A stretch of DNA of 60,983 nucleotides from Gemmatimonadales bacterium (GCA_041613315.1 JBFJHJ010000017.1:1-60983), one strand, 5' to 3'; numbered from the stretch's first letter, positions 1 through 11,624 are shown. Notes: generated by a model from the letters alone, not told the origin. Translations and numbers: made by a program.

Positions 1-1145
1 CCCGCCTCCGCGGGCACGCCGAAATACTCCGCCGCCGTCGCGCCGATGTCGGCAAAGGTCTCCCGCACGCCGAGCGGCGCCGGCAGCACGCCGGGGCCGA
101 TCACCAAGATCGGGACCGCCTCCCGCGAGTGGTCGGTGGAGGGCGTCGTCGGATCGTTGCCGTGGTCGGCTGTGAGGACCATCAGATCGTTCTCCCGCAG
201 CTGTCCGACCAAGCCCGGCAGCTCCCGATCGAGTTCTTCGAGCCCCTGGTTAAACCCCGCAACATCATTGCGGTGCCCCCAGCTCTGATCGAACTCGATG
301 ACGTTCACGAAGAGCAAACCGTCGTCCATCTCCTCGAGCGCTCGCGCGATGAGCCGGTACGCATCCTGGTTCGTCGGCGTGTGCTCGCTCACGATCCCCC
401 GGCCGGCGAACAGATCGTCGACCTTTCCCACCCCGACCCGCGCGATGCCCGCTTCCGCCAGGCGGTCGAGCAACGTCGGCGCGGGCGGCACCAACGAGAA
501 ATCCCGGCGGTGGGGCGCCCGGGTGAACCGACCCGGCTCGCCAACGAACGGCCGGGCGATCACCCGCGACACCGCATGCTCCCCAACGAGAATCTCTTCC
601 CGAGCCACTCGGCACGCGTCGTACAACGCCTCCAGCGGCACCACGTCCTCGTGCGCCGCCACCTGGAAGACGCTGTCCGCCGAGGTGTAGACGATCCAGT
701 CCCCGCGCGCCAGGTGCTCCCGCCCGAATTCTTCGATCACCGCCGTGCCCGACGCCGGCTTGTTCGCCAACACTCCCCTGCCGGTGCGACGCGCGAAGGC
801 CGCGACGATCGAGTGCGGAAAGCCGCGGGGGTACGTGGGAAAGGCGTGCTCGAGCACCACGCCGCACAGCTCCCAATGCCCAGTCGTGCTGTCTTTCCCG
901 AGGGAGCGCGGCAGAGCGATCCCATGCGCGGCCGTGGGCGCGGCGCACCGCACGCCCTCCAGCGGCCGGCAGCAACCCAAGCCGAGGGACGCGAGATACG
1001 GGAGCCGCAGCCCCCGCACGGCCCGCGCGACGTTGCCGAGCGTGTCGCTGCCCTCGTCACCGAACGCGGTCTGATCGGGGGCAGCCCCGATCCCGAGACC
1101 GTCCAGCACGATGAGGGCGAACCGGCCCCGCCGGCGCCCGGTCAT
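1..1145 (-). CDS. deoB: Phosphopentomutase (3' end runs off the window)
   Basis: Not in the ORF track. Manual translation from ATG 1145 (overlaps alr TGA) gives MTGRRRGRFALIVLDGLGIG...DEGSDTLGN...GKDSTTGHWELCG...TADHGNDP...DHSREAVP, which are phosphopentomutase motifs. Confidence 0.93.
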   Translation of the reverse strand, partial: MTGRRRGRFALIVLDGLGIGAAPDQTAFGDEGSDTLGNVARAVRGLRLPYLASLGLGCCRPLEGVRCAAPTAAHGIALPRSLGKDSTTGHWELCGVVLEHAFPTYPRGFPHSIVAAFARRTGRGVLANKPASGTAVIEEFGREHLARGDWIVYTSADSVFQVAAHEDVVPLEALYDACRVAREEILVGEHAVSRVIARPFVGEPGRFTRAPHRRDFSLVPPAPTLLDRLAEAGIARVGVGKVDDLFAGRGIVSEHTPTNQDAYRLIARALEEMDDGLLFVNVIEFDQSWGHRNDVAGFNQGLEELDRELPGLVGQLRENDLMVLTADHGNDPTTPSTDHSREAVPILVIGPGVLPAPLGVRETFADIGATAAEYFGVPAEA

Positions 1146-2215
1146 GCCACGTACTCACGCATCAGCCGCGCGCCGAGGCGGGCCAGGGCTTCATACGAGA
1201 TGGTGCCGGCCCAGGCGGCGAACTCGTCCACGGTGATCTCATCGCCGCCGTCCGATCCGATCAGTGTGGCGGGTTCGCCCAAGCGCCCGCCGGTCCCATC
1301 GGGCCCGATGTCCACCATCGTGAGATCCATCGTGACGCGCCCGATGATGGGGCGTCGCACGCCACCCAGGAGCACGCGGGCCTTCCCGGCCGCGCTGCAG
1401 AACAGGCCGTCGGCGTACCCGATGCCGAGCGTCGCGACGGTCGTCGCCCGCGGCGCCACCCACTCGCCACCGTAGCTCACGCTCGTCCCGGCGGACACCC
1501 GCCTGAGGCTCACGACCGGCGCACGCAGCGTGGCGACGGGCCGCGGCGCCGGCAGGTCGGGCCCCGCCCGCCCGCCATACAGAAAAATGCCGGGTCGTGC
1601 GAGATCCAGTTTCTCGGCCAGGCGCCACGCCGCCGCGCTGTTGGCGGCGTGGATCAACGCGGGCCGGGACGGCAACGCCTCGAGCGCTCGACAGAAGCGC
1701 GTCCACTGCTCCGCCACCGAGTCGGGGCGCTCGTCCGCATGGTAGAAGTGCGTGAACACCCCTTCCAGATGCGGCGTCGCGCACGCCGCAATCGCCGCCG
1801 GCTGGTCCCACCGCACGCCGCACCGCGCCATCCCGGTGTCGATCTCCAGGTGGAATGGCAGATCCCAGTGCGACGCCACCTCGGGTGCGTCCAGCACCGC
1901 CCGCAAGTCGTGCTGCCGGTATCGCTCCCGAAGCGCCGCCGCCGCCGGCGTGAAGACGACGATAGGCCGGCTGCACCCCGCCGTCCGTAGCTGGAGGCCT
2001 TCCTCGAGGGTCGCGACTCCGAACCCCCACGGATCGAGGGCCTCGAGCGCCTGGACCACCGGGATCGCGCCCAGCCCGTAGGCATCCGCCTTGACCATCG
2101 GCAGGAGTCCGGCACCGCGCGCGGCCGCCTGCACCGTCCGCGCATTGGCGACCAGGTTCGCCAGGCTCACCGTGAGCCACGCGCGCGTGCTGGGGTGCCG
2201 CGTTGACACGTTCAC
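1142..2215 (-). CDS. alr: Alanine racemase
   Basis: PLP-lysine motif MVKADAYGLG, HLEIDTGMAR, RPGIFLYG, GYADG, GRVTMD, GTISYE. Start set at GTG 2215 (or 2209); the longer ORF overlaps mazG. Confidence 0.95.
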   Translation of the reverse strand: MNVSTRHPSTRAWLTVSLANLVANARTVQAAARGAGLLPMVKADAYGLGAIPVVQALEALDPWGFGVATLEEGLQLRTAGCSRPIVVFTPAAAALRERYRQHDLRAVLDAPEVASHWDLPFHLEIDTGMARCGVRWDQPAAIAACATPHLEGVFTHFYHADERPDSVAEQWTRFCRALEALPSRPALIHAANSAAAWRLAEKLDLARPGIFLYGGRAGPDLPAPRPVATLRAPVVSLRRVSAGTSVSYGGEWVAPRATTVATLGIGYADGLFCSAAGKARVLLGGVRRPIIGRVTMDLTMVDIGPDGTGGRLGEPATLIGSDGGDEITVDEFAAWAGTISYEALARLGARLMREYVA

Positions 2216-2256
2216 GGATGGACGCGTATTGTACCGGCGCGAGTTCGCAAATGCAA
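2203..2256. promoter_or_regulatory. Putative bidirectional sigma70 promoter (mazG on +, alr on -)
   Basis: Plus strand: TTGACA(2203-2208)-N18-TATTGT(2227-2232). Minus strand: TTGCAT(2256-2251)-N17-TACAAT(2233-2228). The two -10 boxes overlap. Confidence 0.65.
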
Positions 2257-3135
2257 GAACCATCGGCGCTTGGACGCATCGTCGAATTGGTGCGCGACCT
2301 CCGGGCACGGTGCCCGTGGGACGCGGCCCAGACGCCCGAGACCCTGCGGCCCTATCTGGTCGAGGAGGCCTTGGAGCTGGACCATGCCATCGGCGCGCGT
2401 GACGACGAGGCCCTCCGGACGGAGCTGGGTGACGTGCTGCTGCACGTGGCCTTTCAGATCGTGCTCGCGGAAGAGCGGGGCGCGTTCGACGTGGAGACCT
2501 TGACACGCGCCGTGGAGGAAAAGATGTGGCGGCGGCACCCGCATCTGTTTCCCGCCGCCACCTCCCCTGCGCCACCGAGGGAGATGGGGCAGGAAGGGGA
2601 GCGAGCACAGGAGGGTGCCCAGGGGGAAGCGCAACGCCCCCTCACCGCCCGCCAGGTGGCACGGGATTGGGAGCGGCACAAGCTGGCCGAGCGCGACGAC
2701 GGACCCAGCGTGCTGGACGGCCTTCCGTCCACACTGCCGGCCCTGATCATGGCGTATCGGCTACAGGAACGGGCGGCGGGCGTGGGGTTCGACTGGCCGG
2801 ACGCCGACGGCCCCCGCGCCAAGGTGAAGGAGGAGTTGGCGGAGCTGGAGCACGAGCTGGCGCGCCCGGCCGGCACCGGGCGGGTCGCGGACGAGCTGGG
2901 CGACCTGCTGTTCGCGATGGTGAACCTCGGACGCAAACTGGGCTGCGACCCGCGGGCGGCGCTCGAACAGGCCAACGCGCGCTTCGCGGAGCGGTTCCGC
3001 CGGGTGGAAGCGCTCGCAGCGGCCCGAGGCATCGACGTGGGGCGGGCAGGGCTGGCGGAACTGGATCGACTGTGGGAGGAGGTGAAGCGCGATCCGCAGT
3101 CGGCGGTCCGCAATCCGGGCGCTCCGGACCGCTGA
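2251..3135 (+). CDS. mazG: Nucleoside triphosphate pyrophosphohydrolase MazG (tandem domains)
   Basis: CPWDAAQTPETLRPYLVEE, ELGDVLLH, GFDWP, EELAEL, ELGDLLF. ATG at 2251. Confidence 0.95.
   Translation: MQEPSALGRIVELVRDLRARCPWDAAQTPETLRPYLVEEALELDHAIGARDDEALRTELGDVLLHVAFQIVLAEERGAFDVETLTRAVEEKMWRRHPHLFPAATSPAPPREMGQEGERAQEGAQGEAQRPLTARQVARDWERHKLAERDDGPSVLDGLPSTLPALIMAYRLQERAAGVGFDWPDADGPRAKVKEELAELEHELARPAGTGRVADELGDLLFAMVNLGRKLGCDPRAALEQANARFAERFRRVEALAAARGIDVGRAGLAELDRLWEEVKRDPQSAVRNPGAPDR
3093..3117 (+). repeat. Degenerate heptamer repeat at mazG 3' end
   Basis: TCCGCAG TCGGCGG TCCGCAA TCCG, period 7, encoding PQSAVRNP. Confidence 0.4.
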
Positions 3136-3153
3136 TCGCGGGGTGCGCACCGC

Positions 3154-4452
3154 TCAGGGATACAGCTTCGTCATCATTCGCGGGAACGCGATCGCCTCGC
3201 GGATGTGCGGGATGCCGCAGATCCACGCAACGGTACGCTCGATCCCCAGCCCGAAGCCCGAGTGGACGAACGTGCCGTACCTGCGCAGATCGAGGTACCA
3301 GGCGTACGGCGCTTCCGGCAGACGCTCCTCGCGGATCCGGACGAGCAGCCTGTCGTAGTCGTCCTCGCGCTGGCTCCCGCCGATGATCTCGCCGTAGCCC
3401 TCGGGTGCCAGACAGTCGTTGTTGAGCACCGTGCTCGAGTCCGCGGGGTTCTCCTTCATGTAGAAGGCCTTCACCCCTTTGGGGTAGTTGTACACGAGCA
3501 CAGGGCGGTCGTAGCTGTTGGCCAGGAGCGTCTCCTCGTCAGCGCCCAGGTCGCGGCCGTATTGAACATCCGCCCCCAGGGTCTTGAGCTTCTGGAGGGC
3601 GTCGGTGTAGGTGACCCGGGGAAACGGTGGCGCCACGCGCTGGAGCGGCGCCGTGTCCCGCTCCAGTTCCTTGAGCTCCTCGGCGCGACGGTCAAGGCAG
3701 CGGCCCACGATCGCGGAGACGAACTCCTCCTGGAGCCGCATGTTGTCCTCGCTGTCGTACCACGCCATTTCGGGCTCCACCATCCAGAATTCCGCCAAGT
3801 GGCGCCGCGTCTTGGATTTCTCGGCGCGGAACGTGGGACCGAAACAGTAGACCCGTCCCAGAGCGGCCGCCGCCGCCTCGAGGTAGAGCTGGCCGGTCTG
3901 GGCGAGGTACGCCTTCCCGAGGTCGAAGTACTCCGTTTCGAACAAGGTCCCGGCCGACTCCCCGATGGAACCGGTGAGGAGTGGGGTGTCCACGAGCACG
4001 AAGTGCCGCTCGTAGAAGAAGTCCCGGATGGCCTGCACCACCTCGTGACGGACCCGCATGATGGCCACCTGGCGCCGGCTACGGAGCCACAGGTGGCGGT
4101 GTTCGAACAGAAACGCCGTGCCGTGCTCCTTCGGCGAGATGGGAAAATCCTCGCTGGGTCCCAGCACCTCGATGGCGTGCACGCCCAACTCCACGTCGCC
4201 GGGCGAGCGGGCGTCCGCCCGTACGACGCCGGTCACCGCCACGGACGTTTCCTGGGTGACGGCCCGGAACCGCTCCCACAGGTCCTCGCCCACCTCCTGC
4301 TTGACGAGGACGCACTGGAGGTACCCGTAGCCGTCGCGCAGCACGAGGAAGGCGATCTTCCCGCTGGAGCGGGTCGTCGCCACCCACCCGCGGACGGTGA
4401 TGGTCTCACCGATCCGGGTCGGAAGCTCGTCGATCGTCGCGGCGCGGGTCAT
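3154..4452 (-). CDS. asnS: Asparagine--tRNA ligase
   Basis: OB-fold start (VRGWV, LRDG), RHLWLR, motif 2 GPTFRAEKSKTRRHLAEFWMVE, GEIIGGSQRE, GFGLGIER. Confidence 0.96.
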   Translation of the reverse strand: MTRAATIDELPTRIGETITVRGWVATTRSSGKIAFLVLRDGYGYLQCVLVKQEVGEDLWERFRAVTQETSVAVTGVVRADARSPGDVELGVHAIEVLGPSEDFPISPKEHGTAFLFEHRHLWLRSRRQVAIMRVRHEVVQAIRDFFYERHFVLVDTPLLTGSIGESAGTLFETEYFDLGKAYLAQTGQLYLEAAAAALGRVYCFGPTFRAEKSKTRRHLAEFWMVEPEMAWYDSEDNMRLQEEFVSAIVGRCLDRRAEELKELERDTAPLQRVAPPFPRVTYTDALQKLKTLGADVQYGRDLGADEETLLANSYDRPVLVYNYPKGVKAFYMKENPADSSTVLNNDCLAPEGYGEIIGGSQREDDYDRLLVRIREERLPEAPYAWYLDLRRYGTFVHSGFGLGIERTVAWICGIPHIREAIAFPRMMTKLYP

Positions 4453-4461
4453 GCGGCCGGA

Positions 4462-4490
4462 ATCGTAGCGGCGTCCCGGAGGACTGTCAA
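4462..4490 (-). promoter_or_regulatory. sigma70 promoter of asnS
   Basis: TTGACA-N17-TACGAT, ending 9 nt before the ATG; no Shine-Dalgarno (SD) sequence. Confidence 0.8.
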
Positions 4491-4495
4491 CGAAG

Positions 4496-4524
4496 TTGCC
4501 CGCCGCAGCTCAGCCCGATAGCAT
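4496..4524 (+). promoter_or_regulatory. sigma70 promoter of phhB
   Basis: TTGCCC-N17-TAGCAT followed by SD AAAGGAG; back-to-back with the asnS promoter. Confidence 0.6.
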
Positions 4525-4544
4525 CAACGCAAAGGAGAGGGTGC

Positions 4545-4883
4545 ATGCCGAGTGAGCTCGCACAGAAGGAATGTGTCCCGTGCAAAGGCGGGGTCCCCGC
4601 GCTCAAGGGCGAGGCGATCGAGACGTTGCTCGCGAAGTTGGGCGGGGGGTGGCGGGTGAAGAACGAACACCACCTCGAGAAGGCATACCCGTTTCCGAAT
4701 TTCGCGGACGCGTTGGCGTTCACCAACCGCGTCGGCGCGATTGCCGAGGCGCAGGGCCATCACCCCGACATCTATCTGTCGTGGGGCACGGTCGGCCTGA
4801 AGATCTGGACCCACAAGATCGACGGGCTGACCGAGAGCGACTTCGTTCTGGCCGCCAAGGCCGACGCCGCGCTCGAGGCCTAG
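4545..4883 (+). CDS. phhB: Pterin-4-alpha-carbinolamine dehydratase
   Basis: N-terminal CVPC, AEAQGHHPDI, IWTHKIDGLTESDFVLAAK; strong SD. Confidence 0.93.
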   Translation: MPSELAQKECVPCKGGVPALKGEAIETLLAKLGGGWRVKNEHHLEKAYPFPNFADALAFTNRVGAIAEAQGHHPDIYLSWGTVGLKIWTHKIDGLTESDFVLAAKADAALEA

Positions 4884-5632
4884 GGCTTCCGCGCCCGGAC
4901 GAACGCGCTCATGAGCGAGCCGACGCCGGGCAGCGTGAGTTCCCGGATCGGTTCGATGGCGACGTCGGTGTAGCCCGCCGCCTCCAGCCGGCGGCGATAG
5001 TCCGCCGCGTCGAGCGCGCCGGCGACGCATCCCGCCCACAGCTCCAGATCACGCCGCACCGAGACCGGGAGCGGCTCGGCCGCCACCACGTCGGCGACGG
5101 CGAAGCGCCCGCCGGCCCGCAGCACGCGGAACGTCTCCCGCAGGACCACGTCTTTGTCGGCCGCCAGGTTGATCACGCAATTCGAGATGACGACGTCGAC
5201 CGCGGCGTCGGGCAGCGGAATGGCCTCCATCTCGCCTTTCAGGAACTCCGCATTGGTGACCCCGGCCTGGCGCTGGTGCTGCCTCGCGAGCGCGAGCATT
5301 TCGTCGGTCATGTCGAGGCCGTACGCCTTGCCCGTGGGTGCGACACGTCTGGCCGAGAGCAGCACGTCCAGCCCCCCGCCCGAGCCAAGGTCCAGCACGA
5401 CATCGCCGGGCCGGAGCTCCGCGAGCGCCGTCGGGTTCCCGCAGCCCAAGGACGCCTGCACCGCCTCTCGCGGCACGCCGTCCGCCGCCGGATCGCCGTA
5501 GTGCCCGGCGCCGAACGCACCGGTGTCGGGTGCGCATCCGCATCCGCAACCCGTGTGGTCGCCCCGCGCGGCGTGACGTGCCGCCGCGGCGTACTTCTGG
5601 CGGACGACTTCCTTCAGGCCTGGGTCCGTCAT
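4880..5632 (-). CDS. arsM: Arsenite S-adenosylmethionine methyltransferase
   Basis: SLGCGNP, VLDLGSGGGLD, GLDMTDEML, ISNCVINL, WAGCVAGA plus N-terminal CGCGC. SD GGAGGAG precedes ATG 5632. Confidence 0.93.
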   Translation of the reverse strand: MTDPGLKEVVRQKYAAAARHAARGDHTGCGCGCAPDTGAFGAGHYGDPAADGVPREAVQASLGCGNPTALAELRPGDVVLDLGSGGGLDVLLSARRVAPTGKAYGLDMTDEMLALARQHQRQAGVTNAEFLKGEMEAIPLPDAAVDVVISNCVINLAADKDVVLRETFRVLRAGGRFAVADVVAAEPLPVSVRRDLELWAGCVAGALDAADYRRRLEAAGYTDVAIEPIRELTLPGVGSLMSAFVRARKP

Positions 5633-5694
5633 GTGCTCCTCCCGGATCAGTCCACCATCTTGAGGGGCCGGCCCCGGTCGCGGTGCGCCAGAGC

Positions 5695-6048
5695 TCAGCA
5701 GCACCCCTGTCGCCGAGCCTCGGCGTCGCGCTGCGTCGCTGCGACCCGGGCGAGGGCCTGGCCCGCTTCTTCGAGGGTCCTCGGATCGAGCGCGTAATGC
5801 GTCCAGCGGCCGTTCCGCCGTCCCCGAATCAGGCCGCTCTCCCGGAGCGTCCGCAGGTGGAACGACAAGAGCGGCTGCGGCATCTCCAGTTCATCGGCCA
5901 GCTCGCACACGCACCGCTCGCCAGTGGCAGCCAGCATCTCCACGATGCGGGTCCGTGTCGGGTCGGACAGGGCCTGGAACCGCTGGCCGAGGTCAACCAG
6001 GTCCGGCGCGCGGGATGGCCGCCGCCGGACGGTGGTACGTCGGGACAT
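5695..6048 (-). CDS. arsR: ArsR/SmtB family As(III)-responsive repressor
   Basis: FQALSDPTR, ERCVCEL metal box, SFHLRTLRESGLI winged helix-turn-helix, C-terminal CC; lies upstream of arsM. Confidence 0.92.
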   Translation of the reverse strand: MSRRTTVRRRPSRAPDLVDLGQRFQALSDPTRTRIVEMLAATGERCVCELADELEMPQPLLSFHLRTLRESGLIRGRRNGRWTHYALDPRTLEEAGQALARVAATQRDAEARRQGCC

Positions 6049-6051
6049 AAC

Positions 6052-6083
6052 ATCAATATATGTACATGTATTGATATCATCAA
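6052..6083 (-). promoter_or_regulatory. arsR promoter with overlapping palindromic operator
   Basis: TTGATG(6083-6078)-N17-TATATT(6060-6055), 6 nt before the ATG. Palindrome ATCAATATATGT|ACATGTATTGAT at 6052-6075 (11/12 symmetric). Confidence 0.8.
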
Positions 6084-6149
6084 CCCCCTGACCGCCGAGT
6101 CGTCGGGCGCCCGCCCACCGCCCGCTCGGTGCCAGACGCCCCCCCTGCC

Positions 6150-8224
<2,075 letters not shown>

Positions 8225-8228
<4 letters not shown>

Positions 8229-9124
8229 CCGCCGGCCAGCAATCGGTCCGCGAACCGCTCCGGATCGAACACCTCGAGGTCCTCGAGTCCCTCCCCCACG
8301 CCCACGAACTTGATGGGGACGCCCAACTCGCGCCGGGCGAGCAGGACCGCGCCGCCCCGGGCCGTGCCGTCCAGCTTAGTGACGACGAGACCGGTAAGGG
8401 GCACCGCGTCCGCGAACGCGCGGCCCTGATGGATCGCGTTCTGTCCCACGGTCCCGTCCAGGACGAGCAGCGCCTCATGGGGCGCCCCGGCGCGCTGGCG
8501 GGCGATCACCCGCGCGATCTTCCGCAACTCCGCCATCAGGTCGCCGTGGGTGTGCAGGCGCCCGGCGGTGTCCACGAGCACGACGTCCACGCCCCGTGCG
8601 GCGGCCGCCTCGACGGCATCGAACGCCACCGCCGCCGGGTCGCCGCCAGGCGTCCCGGTGACGCAGTCGATCCCCAGTCGCGCGGCCCACGCGCGGAGCT
8701 GCTCACTGGCGCCCGCCCGGAACGTGTCCGCCGCGGCCAGCAACACGCGCCGTCGGTCACCGGCCAGGCGGTGGGCCAGCTTCGCGATGAAGGTCGTCTT
8801 GCCCGCCCCGTTCACGCCCAGCACGAGAAACACCGTCGGCCCGTCGCCGTCACCGTAGTGCAGCGTGCTCTGGCCGTCGCCCGGCGGGAGCGCCGCCGCG
8901 ATGCGCGCGCGCAGCCACCCGCGCACGGCTTCCTCGGACCCGAGCGTCCCCCGGCGCCACTCGCGCCCCAGCTCCTCGGCGAGATCGAGCGCCTCCGCGC
9001 CGAAGTCGGCTTCCACCAGCACCCGCTCGATCGCGTCGAGCGTCTCGTGGTCCACCCCCGTGATCAGGACCGACACGTCGGTGAGGGCAAGGTCGCGGAT
9101 GCGCTGCCACAAGCCTCGCGTCAC
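8225..9124 (-). CDS. ftsY: SRP receptor FtsY (short NG-only form)
   Basis: GVNGAGKTT, DTFRAGA, DTAGR, TKLDG, GVGEG. GTG 9124 overlaps the upstream TGA. Confidence 0.95.
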
Positions 9125-10944
9125 GGCAGCCCTCGGCGCTGCCGCCAGCCCCACTCTCCCAGCAGCGCCATCACCGCGACGACGTACAGCCACCAGCGCT
9201 GCCGCGCGTGCCGCACGACCCGCACGAATCCCGCGTCGGGATCGGTCCGCAGGGCCGCCACCGTGGCCGGCGGGAACTCGTCGGAGTAGGGCTCGACCAC
9301 CGCCACGCCGGCCGCCCCGGCGGCGGACCAGCGGTACACGCCGGGCGCGAGCGGCACTCGGGCGCTACCCTGGGCGTCGAAGCGGAGCGTCACCGAACGA
9401 GCCTCGCCGCCGTCGCGCAGGGTCACGACAACGGAGTCGGCGACCGTATCACCCGCCCACCGGAAGACCACGGGCACGCCCCGCGGCACCACCGCACTCG
9501 CACCGAGCGGGCCGGCCGATCCCGGTATCCGGCCGGCCGCCAGCAGCCACTCGACGCCCGAGGCGAGGAGGGCGCGGTACGCCTCCCGCGCCGCGCCGCC
9601 GCGGAACGCCCAGCGCCACAGCCCCGCGCCCGCGGTGGTGAGATCGCGCCCCGCGCCCGTCGCATTCCCGACGATCACCGGCCGCGCGGCGCCCCGCCGT
9701 CCTTGGCGCGCCCGCAAGGCCACCCATTCGTCCGACGCCGGCGCGATCGGGACGAGGCCGGTGAGCGGCGGGAGGGAGTCCCACGGGACCGACGCGAGAC
9801 GCGCGGTGAGGGGCGACGGCGGCAGCTCGTCGGCGACGTACCAATCGCCAGCGAAGAACTCGGCCAGGGTGTCGCTGTGCGCGGGCCAGCGCCAGACCGG
9901 CCCGCGTCGGTCGGCCCCGATGCCCGCACGGGGCCCACGCACCACGAGCAGGCCGGCCGCCCCGGCGGCGTCCCGCACCGTACGCTCCGCCACTGGACGC
10001 AGCGTGCGCATGTCGCGCCACGTCGCTGGGCCCGTGCGCGCGTAGCCCCGAACCGTCGTTCGCGCGATCTCCGACAGCTCGCGGACCAGGAAGCGACCCT
10101 CCCAGTCGGCGGGATCCACGACCACCACGACGGCCGGCTGTTCCGACACCTCGATCACGCGCCAGCGCTCGTCGTCACGCTCCTCCTGGTCGCCGGCGGT
10201 CACGAGCCGGAAGCGCAGGACGTGCGCCCCCGGCGGGAGGGTTCGGGGCCGCAGCGTGACACCGCGCCGCGCGGTCCCGGGCGACGGCGGGAGCGCCACG
10301 TCCCGCGTCGCGAGCCGCCGACCCTCGGTCCAGATCTCGAGCGTCGCCGCCGTCGCGGCGAGCGCGCCCCACGTGCCGAGCGTGACGGTAACGCCGATCG
10401 AGTCGTCGGTCTGGACCCGCGCCGGGAGCGTGACGTCGAGGAGGGCCGCGTCGGGTACCGTGTCCCGCGGGAGTCGCACGACGTGGACACCGGCCAGAAG
10501 CGACGGCGCCAGGCTCGCGGCATCCGCGATCTCACCGTCGGTGACGATAACCACTGGGCGACCGAACGCACGGGCGGCGGTCAACGGTTCGGCGAGGCGG
10601 GAGCCGCCGGCCTCCGGCGGCGCCGTGTCGAACGGCGCCATCGTCTCACCGAACCGGACCACCGTGCCGCGGGCGCCGGCGAGCGCGCGGGCCGTATCCA
10701 GCGCCGTCGCCCACCGTCCGCCCGCCGTGGCCATGCTCAGCGAGGCGTCGAGCAACACGGTGGGCGGTCCGCCGGCAATCCGGCGCGTGCAGGCGGGATT
10801 GATGAGGAGGGCGAGCAGCGCCCCCATGCCCGCGGTCCGGAGCACGGCGAGTCCGACGCCGGCTGCCCCTTGGGCTTCGTGGATCAGGTAGACCAGCACG
10901 GCGCCCGCGGCGAGGGCGATCAGGCCGACGATCACCGCAGGCAT
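9121..10944 (-). CDS. Membrane protein with VWA-like domain, function unknown
   Basis: Two N-terminal hydrophobic helices, MIDAS-like LLDASLSM and VTDGE, beta-rich middle, C-terminal TM ending EWGWRQRRGLP. Confidence 0.7.
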   Translation of the reverse strand: MPAVIVGLIALAAGAVLVYLIHEAQGAAGVGLAVLRTAGMGALLALLINPACTRRIAGGPPTVLLDASLSMATAGGRWATALDTARALAGARGTVVRFGETMAPFDTAPPEAGGSRLAEPLTAARAFGRPVVIVTDGEIADAASLAPSLLAGVHVVRLPRDTVPDAALLDVTLPARVQTDDSIGVTVTLGTWGALAATAATLEIWTEGRRLATRDVALPPSPGTARRGVTLRPRTLPPGAHVLRFRLVTAGDQEERDDERWRVIEVSEQPAVVVVVDPADWEGRFLVRELSEIARTTVRGYARTGPATWRDMRTLRPVAERTVRDAAGAAGLLVVRGPRAGIGADRRGPVWRWPAHSDTLAEFFAGDWYVADELPPSPLTARLASVPWDSLPPLTGLVPIAPASDEWVALRARQGRRGAARPVIVGNATGAGRDLTTAGAGLWRWAFRGGAAREAYRALLASGVEWLLAAGRIPGSAGPLGASAVVPRGVPVVFRWAGDTVADSVVVTLRDGGEARSVTLRFDAQGSARVPLAPGVYRWSAAGAAGVAVVEPYSDEFPPATVAALRTDPDAGFVRVVRHARQRWWLYVVAVMALLGEWGWRQRRGLP

Positions 10945-11624
10945 GCCAGCGCCTCCGGGAGACTGACACGCCGCTCATGGAGCGCGCGCCCCATGATCAG
11001 CCCGTGCAGCCCGAGCGCCTGCGCGGCCCGGACCTCATCGAGCGCCCCGACGCCGCCGGCGGCGATCACCGCAGCGCCGGAGGCGAGTAGGCTGGCCGCC
11101 CCCTCGAGGTCGGCGCCCCCCAACTGTCCGTCGCGATCCAGATCACGATGCACGACGACCTCGATGCCCACCGCCCGAGCCCGCCGCGCGAGCTCGGCCG
11201 GAGCCACGTCCGGCGGGGCCTCACGTCCGCGGAGCACGACGCGGCCGCCGCGCATCTCGACCGCGAGCGCCGCACGTGCCGGCCCCGTCACCTGCACCAG
11301 CCGCTCCAGCAAGCCGGAATTGAGCGCCGCGGCGGTGCCCAGCACCACCCGAGCGGCCCCGACTTCGATCGCCTCCGCCACCCACGTCACGTCGGTGAGA
11401 TTACCGCCCACCTGCACGGCTCCCCGCCCGAGGGCGCAGATGCGCCGCAGCCACGCCGCGTTGTCCGACCCCGTGCGAAACGCGCGGTCCATGTCGACGA
11501 CATGGAGCCACCGCGCGCCCTGGGCGAGGTAGGTCTCCGCCTGGCCCACGGGGTCCGGGGCGGCCCCGGCCGCCCGGCGCACCACGCGGCCTCCCTTGAT
11601 GTCGATCGCGGGATACAGGTCCAC
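10932..11624 (-). CDS. HisA/HisF-family TIM-barrel protein (divergent HisA-like)
   Basis: YPAIDIKGG, WLHVVDMD, QVGG, VLGTAA, DLDRDG, AAGGV, GRAL. GTG start at 11624. Confidence 0.8.
   Translation of the reverse strand: MDLYPAIDIKGGRVVRRAAGAAPDPVGQAETYLAQGARWLHVVDMDRAFRTGSDNAAWLRRICALGRGAVQVGGNLTDVTWVAEAIEVGAARVVLGTAAALNSGLLERLVQVTGPARAALAVEMRGGRVVLRGREAPPDVAPAELARRARAVGIEVVVHRDLDRDGQLGGADLEGAASLLASGAAVIAAGGVGALDEVRAAQALGLHGLIMGRALHERRVSLPEALACLR

Noticed and set aside
2555..2640. Purine-rich insert in the mazG linker as a mobile element
   Set aside because: In frame and short, with no clear terminal repeats or second copy; probably a variable linker.
5664..5675. GGGGCCGGCCCC palindrome between arsR and arsM as a terminator
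   Set aside because: No loop or U tract; likely by chance at this GC content.
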